Origin: an uncultured delta proteobacterium | GTDB taxonomy: Bacteria > Desulfobacterota > Syntrophia > Syntrophales > UBA2192 | Direction of reading: 5' to 3' | Length of the DNA: 64,000 bases | Assembly: GCA_963705165.1 (NCBI GenBank) | Contig: CAVPJD010000008.1 | Coordinates: 96,001-160,000, forward strand | Shown here: in pieces, positions 28,998 through 39,196 of the stretch | Position numbering within the stretch: position 1 is the stretch's first letter | Layout: each line of letters starts with the position of its first letter | Notes under the pieces: generated by a model | What the model saw: only the letters and a program-made list of their open reading frames with translations | The model's database searches: none | What the model was told of the DNA's origin: nothing | Position numbers and translations under genes: made by a program

Positions 28998-29057
28998 GAA
29001 TTGTGTGCGGGGAATCTCCCGTCACGGCCATCTTGAACCGGGAGGAAACGTCTGACC

Positions 29058-29495
29058 ATGAGCATCCACTGGACACCGGAGCTCTCCGTCGGGGTTGAGG
29101 AGATCGACAACCAGCACAAGGAGCTATACAGGAACGTAGACGTCTTCTTCGGGCAGATCCGGAAAGGGAACGGGAATGGAAACCTCTTGAATCTTTTCTC
29201 ATACCTGGAATCGTATGCGACCGCGCACTTCTCGCTCGAAGAGAAGTACATGACGAAATTTCATGTAGAGGGCTGCGGCTACGAGGACGCAAAGGAGCAC
29301 AAGGCTGAGCACCGGGCCTTTCTGCGGGACTTCACGGCCTTCAAGGAAGAGATCCTGGAAAACGGGCCCACGCCCCTGCTTGTCGAAGAGTTTCAGAAGT
29401 GGATTGTGAACTGGATGGCCGGACACTTCGGCAAGACCGACAGGGGGTTCGGCCGGTTCCTGCGCTCGGCCCTGCCCTTTCTGAAACGAAACTGA
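29058..29495 (+). CDS. Bacteriohemerythrin
   Basis: W...LSVG..IDNQH, HF..EE, H...H and H...D motifs. Confidence 0.93.
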   Translation: MSIHWTPELSVGVEEIDNQHKELYRNVDVFFGQIRKGNGNGNLLNLFSYLESYATAHFSLEEKYMTKFHVEGCGYEDAKEHKAEHRAFLRDFTAFKEEILENGPTPLLVEEFQKWIVNWMAGHFGKTDRGFGRFLRSALPFLKRN

Positions 29496-29546
29496 CATCA
29501 AGCAGCGAGCACCAAGGAAAAGCAAATCCCCCGTTCCTCCCCCAAG

Positions 29547-29676
29547 GCAGCTTCGCTGCAGTAATTGGTTGACTGGGTAATTCGTTGATCAGGGAAGAGC
29601 AGATAGCCTGCCTCTTTGCTTTGCTTTCTCCTTCATCAACGAATCAACTAATCACCAGTTACCGCTGCGTAGCAGC
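29547..29676. repeat. Inverted pair of GCAGCAGTAACTGGTTGAT-family repeats with 8-mer arrays
   Basis: Related copies at 54115-54156, 56726-56775 and 63519-63547. Confidence 0.7.
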
Positions 29677-29729
29677 TGATTGGGAAAAGAGGGGGATTTT
29701 CTGTTGGCTGTTGGCTGTCGGCTTCTTTT

Positions 29730-30965
29730 TTAAGACAGCTTCAGCAGGGTCACCTCGGGCCGTGCGTTGAGCCTCACGGGGGTGAGCGAGGTGCCGATCC
29801 CGCGGCTCACGTAAAGGCGGGAATCATCGATCCGGAAAAGCCCTTCCGGGTAAGGCGAACGGAGATGGGCCACGCTGATCGCCCGTTTCGGCAGGCTCAG
29901 TTTGATCTGCCCGCCGTGATAGTGGCCGGCCAGGGTCAGAGCAACGCCCTGCTCGGCGGCCGCGGGAAAGATCTCCGGCCGGTGTGAAAGCAGAATTGTC
30001 GGGATTGCCGGGGTCAGGCCGCGCAGGGCGGCTTCGAGGTCGGGCACACCGGCATGGAGATCGTCGATGCCGGCAACGGCGAAGGGCCCCTCCGGGGTGT
30101 GGATGACGCGGTGCGCATTGCGCAGAAGGGGGATGCGGTGCTGCCGGAAAATGGCCGCCAACTCGCCGGACCCGGCGTACCAGTGATCGTGATTGCCCAG
30201 CGTCGCAAAGGTGCCGTAACGGGCACTCACGCGGGCCATCTCCAAGACGCACTCCGGGAGATAGGCGATTGAGTTCGTGATGTAATCCCCGGTGAGGACG
30301 AAGAGATCCGGCTGCAGGGCGATGACCTGGTCGGCATAGCGCCGCAGGTCCTGCCGGGTCATGAAAAGCCCCGCGTGGATGTCGGTGAGCTGGACCACCC
30401 GCAGGGTGCGGCCGAAGGGCAGCGCAAGCTCGCGCACCTCGTGAGCCCTGCCCGCATAGGCGGCACCGTAGCCCGATAGGACGAAGGGCGCCACGGCAAG
30501 CGCGCCCGCCCCGGCCTGCAGGAAGCGGCGCCGGCCCGTGTCGACGACAGCGTCAACCGGCTTGCCGGTGTGCTCCCGGTGTATCCGGGCTGCCCTGCGC
30601 CCAAGATCGCCGGCACCCCGGGACAAGATCAGGATCAGGGCTGAGGATATCGACCCGACAACCCACACGGCCGGAAGATAGAAAAAAAGCAGCTGCACCG
30701 CGCGGGGCGGGTCCACCCAGGATATGGGGGTGGCCATCACGTAGCCGCCCAGGGCGAAGAGAAGCACGACAGCGGCACCTGCCGCAGCAACGGCACGGGA
30801 CCGGAAGCCCGCTGAGCGCCGCGGGAAGCGGAAGGTCTGCCGGATGCGGGCAATGAGGTAAATCTGGGCGAGGATCGCCACGAAGAAAACAAGGATACGA
30901 CCGGCGGAAGAAAAGATTTCCAGGTGAACCGGAGATAGCGTCATTCCGGGATTGAGTTCCATCAT
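29730..30965 (-). CDS. Membrane-anchored metallophosphoesterase, close paralog of 17107-18306
   Basis: TDIH, TGD, LGNHD, LSHRP and GHYHGGQ motifs; long near-identical blocks shared with the paralog. Confidence 0.92.
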   Translation of the reverse strand: MMELNPGMTLSPVHLEIFSSAGRILVFFVAILAQIYLIARIRQTFRFPRRSAGFRSRAVAAAGAAVVLLFALGGYVMATPISWVDPPRAVQLLFFYLPAVWVVGSISSALILILSRGAGDLGRRAARIHREHTGKPVDAVVDTGRRRFLQAGAGALAVAPFVLSGYGAAYAGRAHEVRELALPFGRTLRVVQLTDIHAGLFMTRQDLRRYADQVIALQPDLFVLTGDYITNSIAYLPECVLEMARVSARYGTFATLGNHDHWYAGSGELAAIFRQHRIPLLRNAHRVIHTPEGPFAVAGIDDLHAGVPDLEAALRGLTPAIPTILLSHRPEIFPAAAEQGVALTLAGHYHGGQIKLSLPKRAISVAHLRSPYPEGLFRIDDSRLYVSRGIGTSLTPVRLNARPEVTLLKLS

Positions 30966-31126
30966 CGTGCCCGATAAGATAGTCGTCCGAGGTGGAAATA
31001 GCAAGAAGCAAAAGCCCTGCCATCGGGCAGGGCTTTTCAATAAATCCCGTTATTGAACATTCCCCATTATTTACTGGCAGTTAACTGTTTCCTATACCTT
31101 ACCCTATACCCTGTCCCCTTGACCCT

Positions 31127-31816
31127 TTACTTCTTAGCTTCCCTCTTGACGCCCTTATAATGGTCGATGAACTCAACCATTTTCTCGGACCAGAGCTTGA
31201 AGGCGTCATTGGCCGAGCCCCATTTCGAGAACCGCTGCTCGAAGGCCGCCTTCTGTTCGTCGAATCCCAGGATCTGAATCTCGTTGGTCGTGCTGTCGAG
31301 GCCCATCACCTCGATGCAGGTATCGCCGCTGCCGGACCAGCCCCCTGTTGCGCCCTTCTTGACGAGGCTGACGCCCAGCGCGACAGGCACGACCGACGTC
31401 ACCGCGCTGACGCCGGGCCGGCTTGGACGGATGTTCGTGATGGCGATGCGGAGCCGTGCCACATCGGGTCCCGGTTCGGCCACGATCGGCCACTTGTTCT
31501 TGAAGGCCGCCGCGAGCTCCCGGTTGAAGGCATCGGCCAGTTCCTTCATCTCCTGGGGATCGATACCCTTGTAGTCGGACTCGTCGGCCAGGAAGAAGAC
31601 GACGCTGTCCACCATGAAGCTGTTGTATTTCTTGGGATCGACGCCCCCCTTCAGCCAGCGCAGCTTGGCCCCGCCTTCCGGCCCGGGCTTCAGCATCTCA
31701 TAGGCGGCCGGGTTTCCGAAAAACCCCGAAAACTTGTAATCCGCCGCAGACGCCACAGACGCCGTGAGCACAAGACCGATCCCGACTGCCATCATCATTC
31801 TTGCAACTGCTTTCAT
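31127..31816 (-). CDS. DUF3313-like exported protein
   Basis: Signal peptide; SGFF, PGPDVARLRIAIT and KWG..AF..W motifs. Confidence 0.8.
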   Translation of the reverse strand: MKAVARMMMAVGIGLVLTASVASAADYKFSGFFGNPAAYEMLKPGPEGGAKLRWLKGGVDPKKYNSFMVDSVVFFLADESDYKGIDPQEMKELADAFNRELAAAFKNKWPIVAEPGPDVARLRIAITNIRPSRPGVSAVTSVVPVALGVSLVKKGATGGWSGSGDTCIEVMGLDSTTNEIQILGFDEQKAAFEQRFSKWGSANDAFKLWSEKMVEFIDHYKGVKREAKK

Positions 31817-32130
31817 GCTCTCCCTCCTTGATGTTCTGTTCCATCCACGTGAATACGACCTTCGCAAAGAAAGAATGTATCCTTCATAACGCACTCCCGC
31901 TCGAACCTAAAGCGGAATCTTGGCGGGCCGCAGGTGCGATGAACCGACTCCATTCCCTCGCCCATGCCCACGAACAAAGAAAAGCCCCTGACGCTCATTC
32001 CGTCAGGGGCACAGATCCATGTCCTCCGCCGGCTTTCAAAACCTCCCGGCTCTCGGTTCTCGTCCGTTTTGACTTGATCCTATGTTCCTTTTACCCCTAT
32101 ACCCTATACCCAATACCCTAGTCCCTTTGC

Positions 32131-32568
32131 TTATTCCCTGACCAGCAGGATCGAGCAGGGCATCTTGCGGATGATGCTGTCGGTGCCGCGCCCATAGAGG
32201 AAGTGCTCCAGGCGGCCCTCCTCATGGGCGAGCAGGATCACCAGGTCGATGTTCCCGTTGCGGATGGCCTTCAGGATCTCTTCTTTCGGCTCGCCCTCCT
32301 CGATGATCTCGAGGATCGTCATGCCCTTTTCCCTCTCCTGGCTGACGATCTCATCGAGCTCCGCCCTGATCCTTTCCATCTCCTTGCGGTATTGCTCCTC
32401 GTAGTCGATCGTGGGCAGATTCCATCCCTTCTTGAAGGGATTCTCGACGACGTGCAGCACGGAAAGGACGGCGCCGTAGTGACGGGCAAGCGAAACCCCA
32501 AAGCGGACCGCTTTTCGGCAGTGGCGCGTTATCCGGCTGACGACAAGGATACGGTTGATCTCTTTCAT
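32131..32568 (-). CDS. Universal stress protein
   Basis: RILV, LHVVE, GEPKEEI, DLVIL and PCSILLV motifs. Confidence 0.92.
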   Translation of the reverse strand: MKEINRILVVSRITRHCRKAVRFGVSLARHYGAVLSVLHVVENPFKKGWNLPTIDYEEQYRKEMERIRAELDEIVSQEREKGMTILEIIEEGEPKEEILKAIRNGNIDLVILLAHEEGRLEHFLYGRGTDSIIRKMPCSILLVRE

Positions 32569-32899
32569 GGCCTGCCTCCTTGAAGGTTCTTTGGTTTCCC
32601 TTTTCCCGTTCGCCCCGCCGCTGCCAGGCGCAACTGAACGAGCAACCAATCTACAAGGACCCGATGATGCGCATCGGGTTGATTACGTGGGTGTGGTTTG
32701 TGAGAACGTTACTCTTCAGGATTGTCCTGGTCGGGGATGAGGTTGTCCGTGAGAGGCAGGAGTGGAAGTCAGCGATCGGTCCCCGAACGTTGCGGGACAT
32801 TGCCGAGGAGCGGGTCATGGATGATGATTCATTAAGAAACAGAACAGGCGGATTGTCAAGGGGAAACCGGGCGGTCTCTGCGGGCCGCGCGCCCGGTCA

Positions 32900-33256
32900 T
32901 CATGCGTTGAGCGTGTTCCTCGCGATGAGCAGCTTGTCCGCCTGTGCAGAGGAGCCCCGGTGGACCTGTTCATCGGGAGCGGGATGATTGTAGCGTTCGT
33001 GGATCAGCTTCTTGAGGCCGATTTCAAATAATTCACGATCTTTCTTGTTCTTGTCAAGGTAATCTTCAATGGCCCCGTCGGAGATGGTGATCTGTATTTT
33101 CCGGGAACGCCGGTTGGGCTGTCCCGGGTCGTCGTCGAGTTTCCAGTCGATCTCGATGATATGATCGTCCTTCGAGTAGCGTGTGACAATCCATGCGTTC
33201 GTAGGGAAAAACGGCTTGATGAGTCTGACCCAGTAATCAAGCAGGTCTTCGGTCAT
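32900..33256 (-). CDS. Hypothetical protein
   Basis: GAAGGA RBS; 118-aa ORF. Confidence 0.7.
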   Translation of the reverse strand: MTEDLLDYWVRLIKPFFPTNAWIVTRYSKDDHIIEIDWKLDDDPGQPNRRSRKIQITISDGAIEDYLDKNKKDRELFEIGLKKLIHERYNHPAPDEQVHRGSSAQADKLLIARNTLNA

Positions 33257-33677
33257 GGCGTTTGATCCTTCTGTTGAGACAAGGTGGATAAAAAACCCCA
33301 TCCCTCTTCAGTGAGAGACGGGGTACCAATCATGAACGCCGATAAAAATGCGGTTCTTCTATCTGATGGGCAGCCCTGCTGACAGCAAATCGAGATTTCA
33401 TTTTCATCAGACATCCGAACCGCCATGAAGTCAAGAAATATTATCTTTTCGGCGATCGAGCCCCGGCGCCAGGCGGGGGGAATCGTTGAAACAAACCGTG
33501 ATTAATCCTTGACTTTCGATCAAGGGCATACTAAATTATTTTAACAACATAAGTTCGGATCAAGACATTTTGAAGTGCAAAGGTGGGCCACCGTGCTCTT
33601 TGGAGTCTCGGTGGTTTTTTCTTTCTGTCATGGTGGAAATCCGACTTATAGAATTTCAAGAAAGGAGGATGCAAGCG

Positions 33678-33878
33678 ATGGCAGAAGGTAAAGTCAAATG
33701 GTTCAGCGATCAAAAAGGCTTCGGGTTCATCGAAAAGGATGAGGGAGGCGATGTGTTCGTTCATCACAGCGCCATCCAGGCCGAAGGCTTCAAGACGCTT
33801 GCGGAAGGACAGCGCGTAAGCTTCGATGTCAAGCAGGGCCCGAAAGGCCCGGCCGCGGATAACGTAAAGCCTCTCTAA
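33678..33878 (+). CDS. cspA: Cold-shock protein
   Basis: GKVKWF, KGFGFI (RNP1) and VFVHHSAI (RNP2); AAGGAGG RBS. Confidence 0.97.
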   Translation: MAEGKVKWFSDQKGFGFIEKDEGGDVFVHHSAIQAEGFKTLAEGQRVSFDVKQGPKGPAADNVKPL

Positions 33879-33906
33879 CGGCACCGGCGCCTGGAAAGCA
33901 CAGCGA

Positions 33907-33939
33907 AAAGGCAGAGCCCGGAAGGCTCTGCCTTTTTTT
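33907..33939 (+). terminator. Intrinsic terminator after cspA
   Basis: AAAAGGCAGAGCC-CGGAA-GGCTCTGCCTTTTTTT. Confidence 0.85.
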
Positions 33940-34145
33940 ATTCTCTGTGGGACAAGATGGCGGCGGAGAAATGCCTTGACATTACTACTGCCAATGAGGA
34001 TAGTCTGAAGTCAGAGTCGTTGACATCTCTCAAGAAGCAGATAAACTCTGTTCCCATACAGGGAAATCGCCGCGAATCCTGAAGCCCTGTCCATTCCCAC
34101 GCGACAGGTTTTTTTATATCGGGGTTCCGGCCAGGAGCGTGCGCC

Positions 34146-34442
34146 ATGCAGATCCATTTGATCGAAAACGCGGACAATTTCACCAAGCTGCGAGACAAGG
34201 TATGGGAAAGCGGCTGGTGGGTGCTCACGGAAGACGAAGCGAAGAAGCTTGTCGGGGGACATATCTACTTTCACCGGAAAAAGTCCGAACCCTCCTTCTA
34301 CGGCGGGGCGATACGGAGTTTCCGGATCAAGCAGGAGGATCCTCACATGGGCAGCGTTATCTTCGAATTCGAATACCGGGACGCCTGCAGGGGTATCAAG
34401 GCGGACAGATGCGGGTGGTCCATGGAAAAGAAGATCGTGTGA
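34146..34442 (+). CDS. Hypothetical protein
   Basis: AGGAG RBS; own promoter TTGACA-17-GATAGT (33976-34004). Confidence 0.75.
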   Translation: MQIHLIENADNFTKLRDKVWESGWWVLTEDEAKKLVGGHIYFHRKKSEPSFYGGAIRSFRIKQEDPHMGSVIFEFEYRDACRGIKADRCGWSMEKKIV

Positions 34443-34727
34443 CGGGACCTGCCCGGCCTTTGACAGCGCGCTTGCGCGGCCCGTACCCCGGAGCCGCTTC
34501 ATTAACGTTCACGAGAAAAGGCCGTCCTCCGTGAAGAGGGCGGCCTTTCTGCGTGGCGGGAACGGGTGTCGCGGGCTTCCGCGGACGGTGCCCGGATGTC
34601 CGTCTCGGACGGGTCGGAGAAGATAAGGTTGGGAAAAAAGCATTTTTCTGATATCTAGCACGGAGGCTGGGCCGCGGGGAACGTCTTCCGCAGGGCCCCG
34701 GTCGCATCACCGCGCGGAAGGAATACG

Positions 34728-36188
34728 GTGGCCTCGAATCTCTCCATCCTGTTCCGGCTGATCAGCAGTTATCTTCTGATTATCGTCGTCGTTCTGCTGT
34801 CCGGAATCTACACGATCTGGAACCTGAGCGAGATCAACCGGCTCATCCAGGCCGTAACGAACGAGAACGCCCGGGAAATCCATCTCTCGGAAGAGAGCCT
34901 GGAGATCCTCTACAGCGCCACGGCTGCCGAGGGAAAGTTTTTCGTCTCCAGGGACGGGGCTTATTTCCGGCAGTTCAAGACGCTCGGGACGGAGTTCGAC
35001 AAGCGGATGACGGGACTCGCGTCACTTGCCGCCACGCAGAAAAAACAGGAGCTCCTGGCCCGTGTCCGGGAGCTGCACAGCCACTACGGCAGTCTCTTCG
35101 ACGACACGGCGGGCCCGACGGGCGCGCGCAGCGTACCGGATCGGGAAATCATTCGCTTCCAGGCCGAGCGCGAACGGATCGCCTCGGAGGCGGCACAGCG
35201 CCTTCGGGAACTCGCGAGGGTCGCCTCGGCCGAGCGGGACGAAAGGCTCGTACGGATCGAGGCGATTTCCGTGCAGACGGCAAACGCGATTCTGGTGTCG
35301 CTCATCGTGGCCGTCATGATGGTGATCGTCATCTCCGCGTTCAACACGCATTCCGTCAGCGCCCCCATTTCCCGCCTCCGGGAAAAGACGAAGGCCGTCG
35401 CCCGGGGCGATTTCGGCGAGCCGCTGAACATCGTGTCGCCCCCGGAAATCCGGGAGCTGGCCGACGCCTTCAACACCATGTGCGACAGGCTCCGGGAGCT
35501 CGACCAGATGAAGATTGATTACATCGGCCATCTCTCCCACGAGCTGCGCACGCCGCTGACCGCCATCAAGGAGGCCTCGAGCATGCTCCAGGAAGGCCTC
35601 TTCGCCGCAGCGCCGGAAAGGGAGCGGGAGCTTCAGGGCCTTATCCGTCAGGAGTGCGAGCGCCTGATTCGCTCCGTCAACCGGCTTCTCGACTTCTCCA
35701 TGATGGAGTCGGGGATGATGCCCCTTTCTCTCCAGGAAGCGGGCCTGCTGCCGATCGTGGAGAAAAACCTGCAGCGCTTCTCGCCGCTGGCCCAGCGCAA
35801 GAACATCGCCCTGCAGCTCGAAATCCCGCCGGAGCTGCCCCGGCTGCGGATGGATACCGAGAAGATCGAGATGGTCCTCGAGAACCTGCTGAGCAATGCC
35901 CTGAAATTCACCCCCGACGGCGGGCGCATTGCCATCACCGCAAGGCATCGCGCCGACGCCCATTGCGTCGAGGTGTCGGTTTCCGACACGGGAAGGGGGA
36001 TTCCCGAATCGGGGCTTCAGGAAGTCTTCGAGAAGTTCCGGCGCGTCGACGACGGCAAGGGGGCCGTTCGAGGAACGGGTCTCGGGCTCGCCATCGTCAA
36101 GCACATCATCAACGCCCACGGAGGTCATGTATGGGCCGAAAGCGAATTCGGCAAGGGAAGCACCTTTACATTTTCATTGCCTGCGTGA
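34728..36188 (+). CDS. Sensor histidine kinase (HAMP), GlrK/QseE-like
   Basis: SHELRTPL, NLLSNALKF, DTGRG and GTGLGL motifs. Confidence 0.95.
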   Translation: MASNLSILFRLISSYLLIIVVVLLSGIYTIWNLSEINRLIQAVTNENAREIHLSEESLEILYSATAAEGKFFVSRDGAYFRQFKTLGTEFDKRMTGLASLAATQKKQELLARVRELHSHYGSLFDDTAGPTGARSVPDREIIRFQAERERIASEAAQRLRELARVASAERDERLVRIEAISVQTANAILVSLIVAVMMVIVISAFNTHSVSAPISRLREKTKAVARGDFGEPLNIVSPPEIRELADAFNTMCDRLRELDQMKIDYIGHLSHELRTPLTAIKEASSMLQEGLFAAAPERERELQGLIRQECERLIRSVNRLLDFSMMESGMMPLSLQEAGLLPIVEKNLQRFSPLAQRKNIALQLEIPPELPRLRMDTEKIEMVLENLLSNALKFTPDGGRIAITARHRADAHCVEVSVSDTGRGIPESGLQEVFEKFRRVDDGKGAVRGTGLGLAIVKHIINAHGGHVWAESEFGKGSTFTFSLPA

Positions 36189-36670
36189 TCCTGGCCGGCA
36201 TCTGCGGCTGCACCGGCCTTCAGGGGGCACTGGCCAAACCGGATTACTGGCAGGCCGATCATTACCGGGCCGGCGGCGACTACGATGCCGCGTTTAAGCA
36301 GTACCGGGAGATCATCGAGCTTTACCCGCAGGCGGCCGACGAGGCCTACTTCGGGATGGGCTGCCTCTATGCCCACCCCCAAAACCCGCAGCAGGATTAC
36401 CAGAAGTCCCTCGAGGCCTTTCGGCGGGTAGTCGACGACTATCCCCGGAGCTATTACCGGCAGGCGGCCGAGGCCTTTCTGTCCGTCGTCGGCGAAGCGG
36501 CGAACCGCAACAGCCAGGCCGCGTCCCAGAAAAAGCAGGTCGAGACGCTCGAAAAGCAGGTCGGGACACTCGAAAAACAGATCGAGGGCCTGCAGAAGCA
36601 GATCGAACAGATGAAGGAAATCGACCGGAGCCTGGAGGAAAAGCGAAGAGGGGCCCCTGCCGGTAATTGA
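36131..36670 (+). CDS. TPR lipoprotein with C-terminal coiled coil (QseG/YfhG-like position)
   Basis: ICGC lipobox; ...QMKEIDRSLEE tail; sits between the kinase and the regulator. Confidence 0.75.
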   Translation: MGRKRIRQGKHLYIFIACVILAGICGCTGLQGALAKPDYWQADHYRAGGDYDAAFKQYREIIELYPQAADEAYFGMGCLYAHPQNPQQDYQKSLEAFRRVVDDYPRSYYRQAAEAFLSVVGEAANRNSQAASQKKQVETLEKQVGTLEKQIEGLQKQIEQMKEIDRSLEEKRRGAPAGN

Positions 36671-36679
36671 GGTTGCACG

Positions 36680-38038
36680 ATGGAGAAGATCCTGGTTGTC
36701 GACGATGACGTGAGCATCCTCAAGGTGCTGCAGATGCGCCTCGAATCGGAGCACTACGCCGTCGTGGCGGCCTCCGAGATCCGGGAAGCGAAGGAGCGGA
36801 TTGCCGAGGGCAGCTTCGACATCGCCCTGCTGGATTTGAAACTGGACGGGGGAACCGGCATCGAGCTGATGAAGAGCCTGCGCGAGGTCGATCCCGACCT
36901 TCCGGTGATCATCCTGACGGCCCACGGGACGATCGAAAGCGCCGTGGGGGCCATGAAGGAAGGGGCCTACAGCTACCTGACCAAGCCCTTCGACTACCGC
37001 GAGCTTCTCATCCAGATCCGCAACGGCATCGAGAAGGCGAAGCTCTCCCGGGAGGTCAAGCGACTGCGGAGCATGCTGCGGGCCGACTTCGAGGGGCAGA
37101 GCATCATCGGGCAGAGCGAAGCCATGAAGAGGGTCTTCGAGGCCGTGGCGCTCTCCGCGGAGACGGACTCCAACGTCTTCATCAGCGGCGAGAGCGGGAC
37201 GGGCAAGGGACTCGTGGCCAAGGCCCTCCACCAGCTCAGCGAGCGAAAGGACAAGCCCTTCGTCCCCATCAACTGCGCGGCCATCCCCGCCACGCTGCTG
37301 GAGAGCGAGTTGTTCGGCTTCGAGAAGGGGGCCTTCACGGGCGCTATTGCGAATAAGAAGGGCCTCTTCGTCCAGGCCGACGGCGGCATCATCTTCCTCG
37401 ACGAGATCTCCGAGATCCCGCCGCCCATGCAGGGAAAGCTTCTCAAGGCGCTCGAGGAGAAGGAGTTCTACCCCCTGGGGTCGCACCGGACCGTCAAGGT
37501 CGACATCCGGATCGTCTCGGCCTCGAACAAGGACATCGAAAAGGAGGTCGAGAAAGGGACCTTCCGCGGGGATCTCTTTTACCGCGTCCACGTCATCCCG
37601 ATCCGGGTCCCCCCCCTGCGGGAGAGAAAAGAGGATATCCCGCTGCTGGTGGAACACTTCCTGGACAAAGTGGCCCGGAAGCTAAAGAGGTCCATCAAGG
37701 CCCTTTCCCCCGCAGCGCTGCAAAAGCTCATGATCTATTCCTGGCCGGGCAACGTCCGGGAGCTCGAGAACATGATCGAGTGCGCCGTCGTCATGACGCC
37801 CGAGGAGGTCATCCCGGAGGAGATGATCATCCTGCCGGGCCAGGAAATGGGGGAGACGGCGTTCAAGACCCTGAAGGCATCGAAGCAGGACTTCGAGAAG
37901 AATTATCTCATCCAGCTCATGAAGATCAGCCGGGGCAATGTCAGCCAGGCCTCCAAGCTGGCCGGCAAATACCGGGCAGACCTCTATGAGCTTCTGGAAA
38001 AATACCGCATCAACCCGCCGGATTTCAGACAGGAGTGA
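36680..38038 (+). CDS. Sigma54-dependent response regulator (NtrC/GlrR-like)
   Basis: Receiver domain; GESGTGKG, GAFTGA and WPGNVRELEN motifs; HTH. Confidence 0.96.
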   Translation: MEKILVVDDDVSILKVLQMRLESEHYAVVAASEIREAKERIAEGSFDIALLDLKLDGGTGIELMKSLREVDPDLPVIILTAHGTIESAVGAMKEGAYSYLTKPFDYRELLIQIRNGIEKAKLSREVKRLRSMLRADFEGQSIIGQSEAMKRVFEAVALSAETDSNVFISGESGTGKGLVAKALHQLSERKDKPFVPINCAAIPATLLESELFGFEKGAFTGAIANKKGLFVQADGGIIFLDEISEIPPPMQGKLLKALEEKEFYPLGSHRTVKVDIRIVSASNKDIEKEVEKGTFRGDLFYRVHVIPIRVPPLRERKEDIPLLVEHFLDKVARKLKRSIKALSPAALQKLMIYSWPGNVRELENMIECAVVMTPEEVIPEEMIILPGQEMGETAFKTLKASKQDFEKNYLIQLMKISRGNVSQASKLAGKYRADLYELLEKYRINPPDFRQE

Positions 38039-38129
38039 AGGATAAACCCTTCAGCTCGTCTTTTGTTTCCCCTGCCTACGTTCCCCCGATCCCGCCTTTT
38101 TTGCTGTAGGATAAACCCTTCAGCTCGTC
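38036..38129 (+). promoter_or_regulatory. Two enhancer-like palindromes within a direct repeat
   Basis: TGAAGG-ATAAAC-CCTTCA-GCTCGTC (from 38036) and TGTAGG-ATAAAC-CCTTCA-GCTCGTC (from 38105). Confidence 0.65.
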
Positions 38130-38210
38130 CCGAAAATCGCCTTTCCATGAAGGCCAAAATATCAGTATATATTGAATAATATCTTGATGTTACACAAACA
38201 CCATCCTCGT

Positions 38211-38226
38211 TGGTATGGCCCTTGCT
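38211..38226 (+). promoter_or_regulatory. Sigma54 -24/-12 promoter
   Basis: TGGTATGGCCCTTGCT (GG-N10-GC). Confidence 0.75.
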
Positions 38227-38271
38227 CTCTCCATGTCTTGCTTGCGAAGGTAGATTCGAGGAGGGGAAAAG

Positions 38272-38637
38272 ATGAGGGTCCTGATTGCCGACGACGACGC
38301 GGGCTTGCGTGAAATCCTGAAGATCTTCATGGCGCGGATGGGACACGTTGCCATCGTGGCTGAAAATGGCGTCAAGGCCTTGAATCAGTTGGATAAATCA
38401 CCCTACGACATCCTCATCACCGACGGCGACATGCCGGAAATGACGGGCTTTGAGCTCTGCCGGGTCGTGAAAGACCGGTTCCCCCACATTTTTGTGATCG
38501 GGCTGACCGGCTCCTCCAGGCTGCGTGAATTCGAAAAGGCCGGGGCCCATACCCGTTACCAGAAGCCGGTGCAGTTCATCGAGCTGCAGCTGGCTATCGA
38601 AAACCACTTCAGCACAAAGAGGGCAGCGGCTCTATAG
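38272..38637 (+). CDS. Single-domain response regulator
   Basis: VLIADDD, ITDGDMPEMTG, LTG and KP motifs. Confidence 0.92.
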   Translation: MRVLIADDDAGLREILKIFMARMGHVAIVAENGVKALNQLDKSPYDILITDGDMPEMTGFELCRVVKDRFPHIFVIGLTGSSRLREFEKAGAHTRYQKPVQFIELQLAIENHFSTKRAAAL

Positions 38638-38850
38638 GAGCCGCCTGCCACGGATAGACCTGAAACGGACGGATACCTCCCCTGGGGAATGCTCTCCCCC
38701 CCCCCTTTTTCCCCAGGGGAGATATCTCATGCTGCCCTTCTCAACCGGTGGAAGGACGGAGGGAGAGGAAGATTAGGGTTTTAAATTACTAAAAGGAGGG
38801 AATGCAGACGCCGCAGACAGGATGCGGCGACATGCCCCGGAGCGTGTAAC

Positions 38851-39129
38851 ATGGCAATTTCTGCAAAAAAATTATCGGTCTTCGAGGGACGCATGAGGTC
38901 GGTCATCACCATTAACGTATCGGCCGGGCACGGTGGATCCATCACCCCTTCGGCTCGGGTGGCCATCGGGTATGGCCTGAGCAAAATGTTCGCCATCACA
39001 GCCCGTTGGGGCTATTCCATCGCGGATGTCGTGATCGATGGCGTCTCCGCGGGACCCGTGAGCATCTACATGTTCTCGAATCTGACGGAGAACCATACGA
39101 TCAGCGCAACGTTCAAACGAAACGCGTAG
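38851..39129 (+). CDS. Stand-alone InlB B-repeat-like domain protein
   Basis: SAG.GGSITPS...F.IT...GY.I.DV.IDG.S.G....Y.F.N...NHTISATF pattern. Confidence 0.6.
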   Translation: MAISAKKLSVFEGRMRSVITINVSAGHGGSITPSARVAIGYGLSKMFAITARWGYSIADVVIDGVSAGPVSIYMFSNLTENHTISATFKRNA

Positions 39130-39196
39130 GGCCCCCGTCATCGACTACGCACGGATCGGCTGGGCCGCTGCTGCGTGCAGGAAAGGAGGGCATGTC

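Noticed and set aside
38696..38705. C10 tract as a phase-variation switch
   Set aside because: It lies in the loop of an intergenic hairpin, not in a CDS or promoter spacer.
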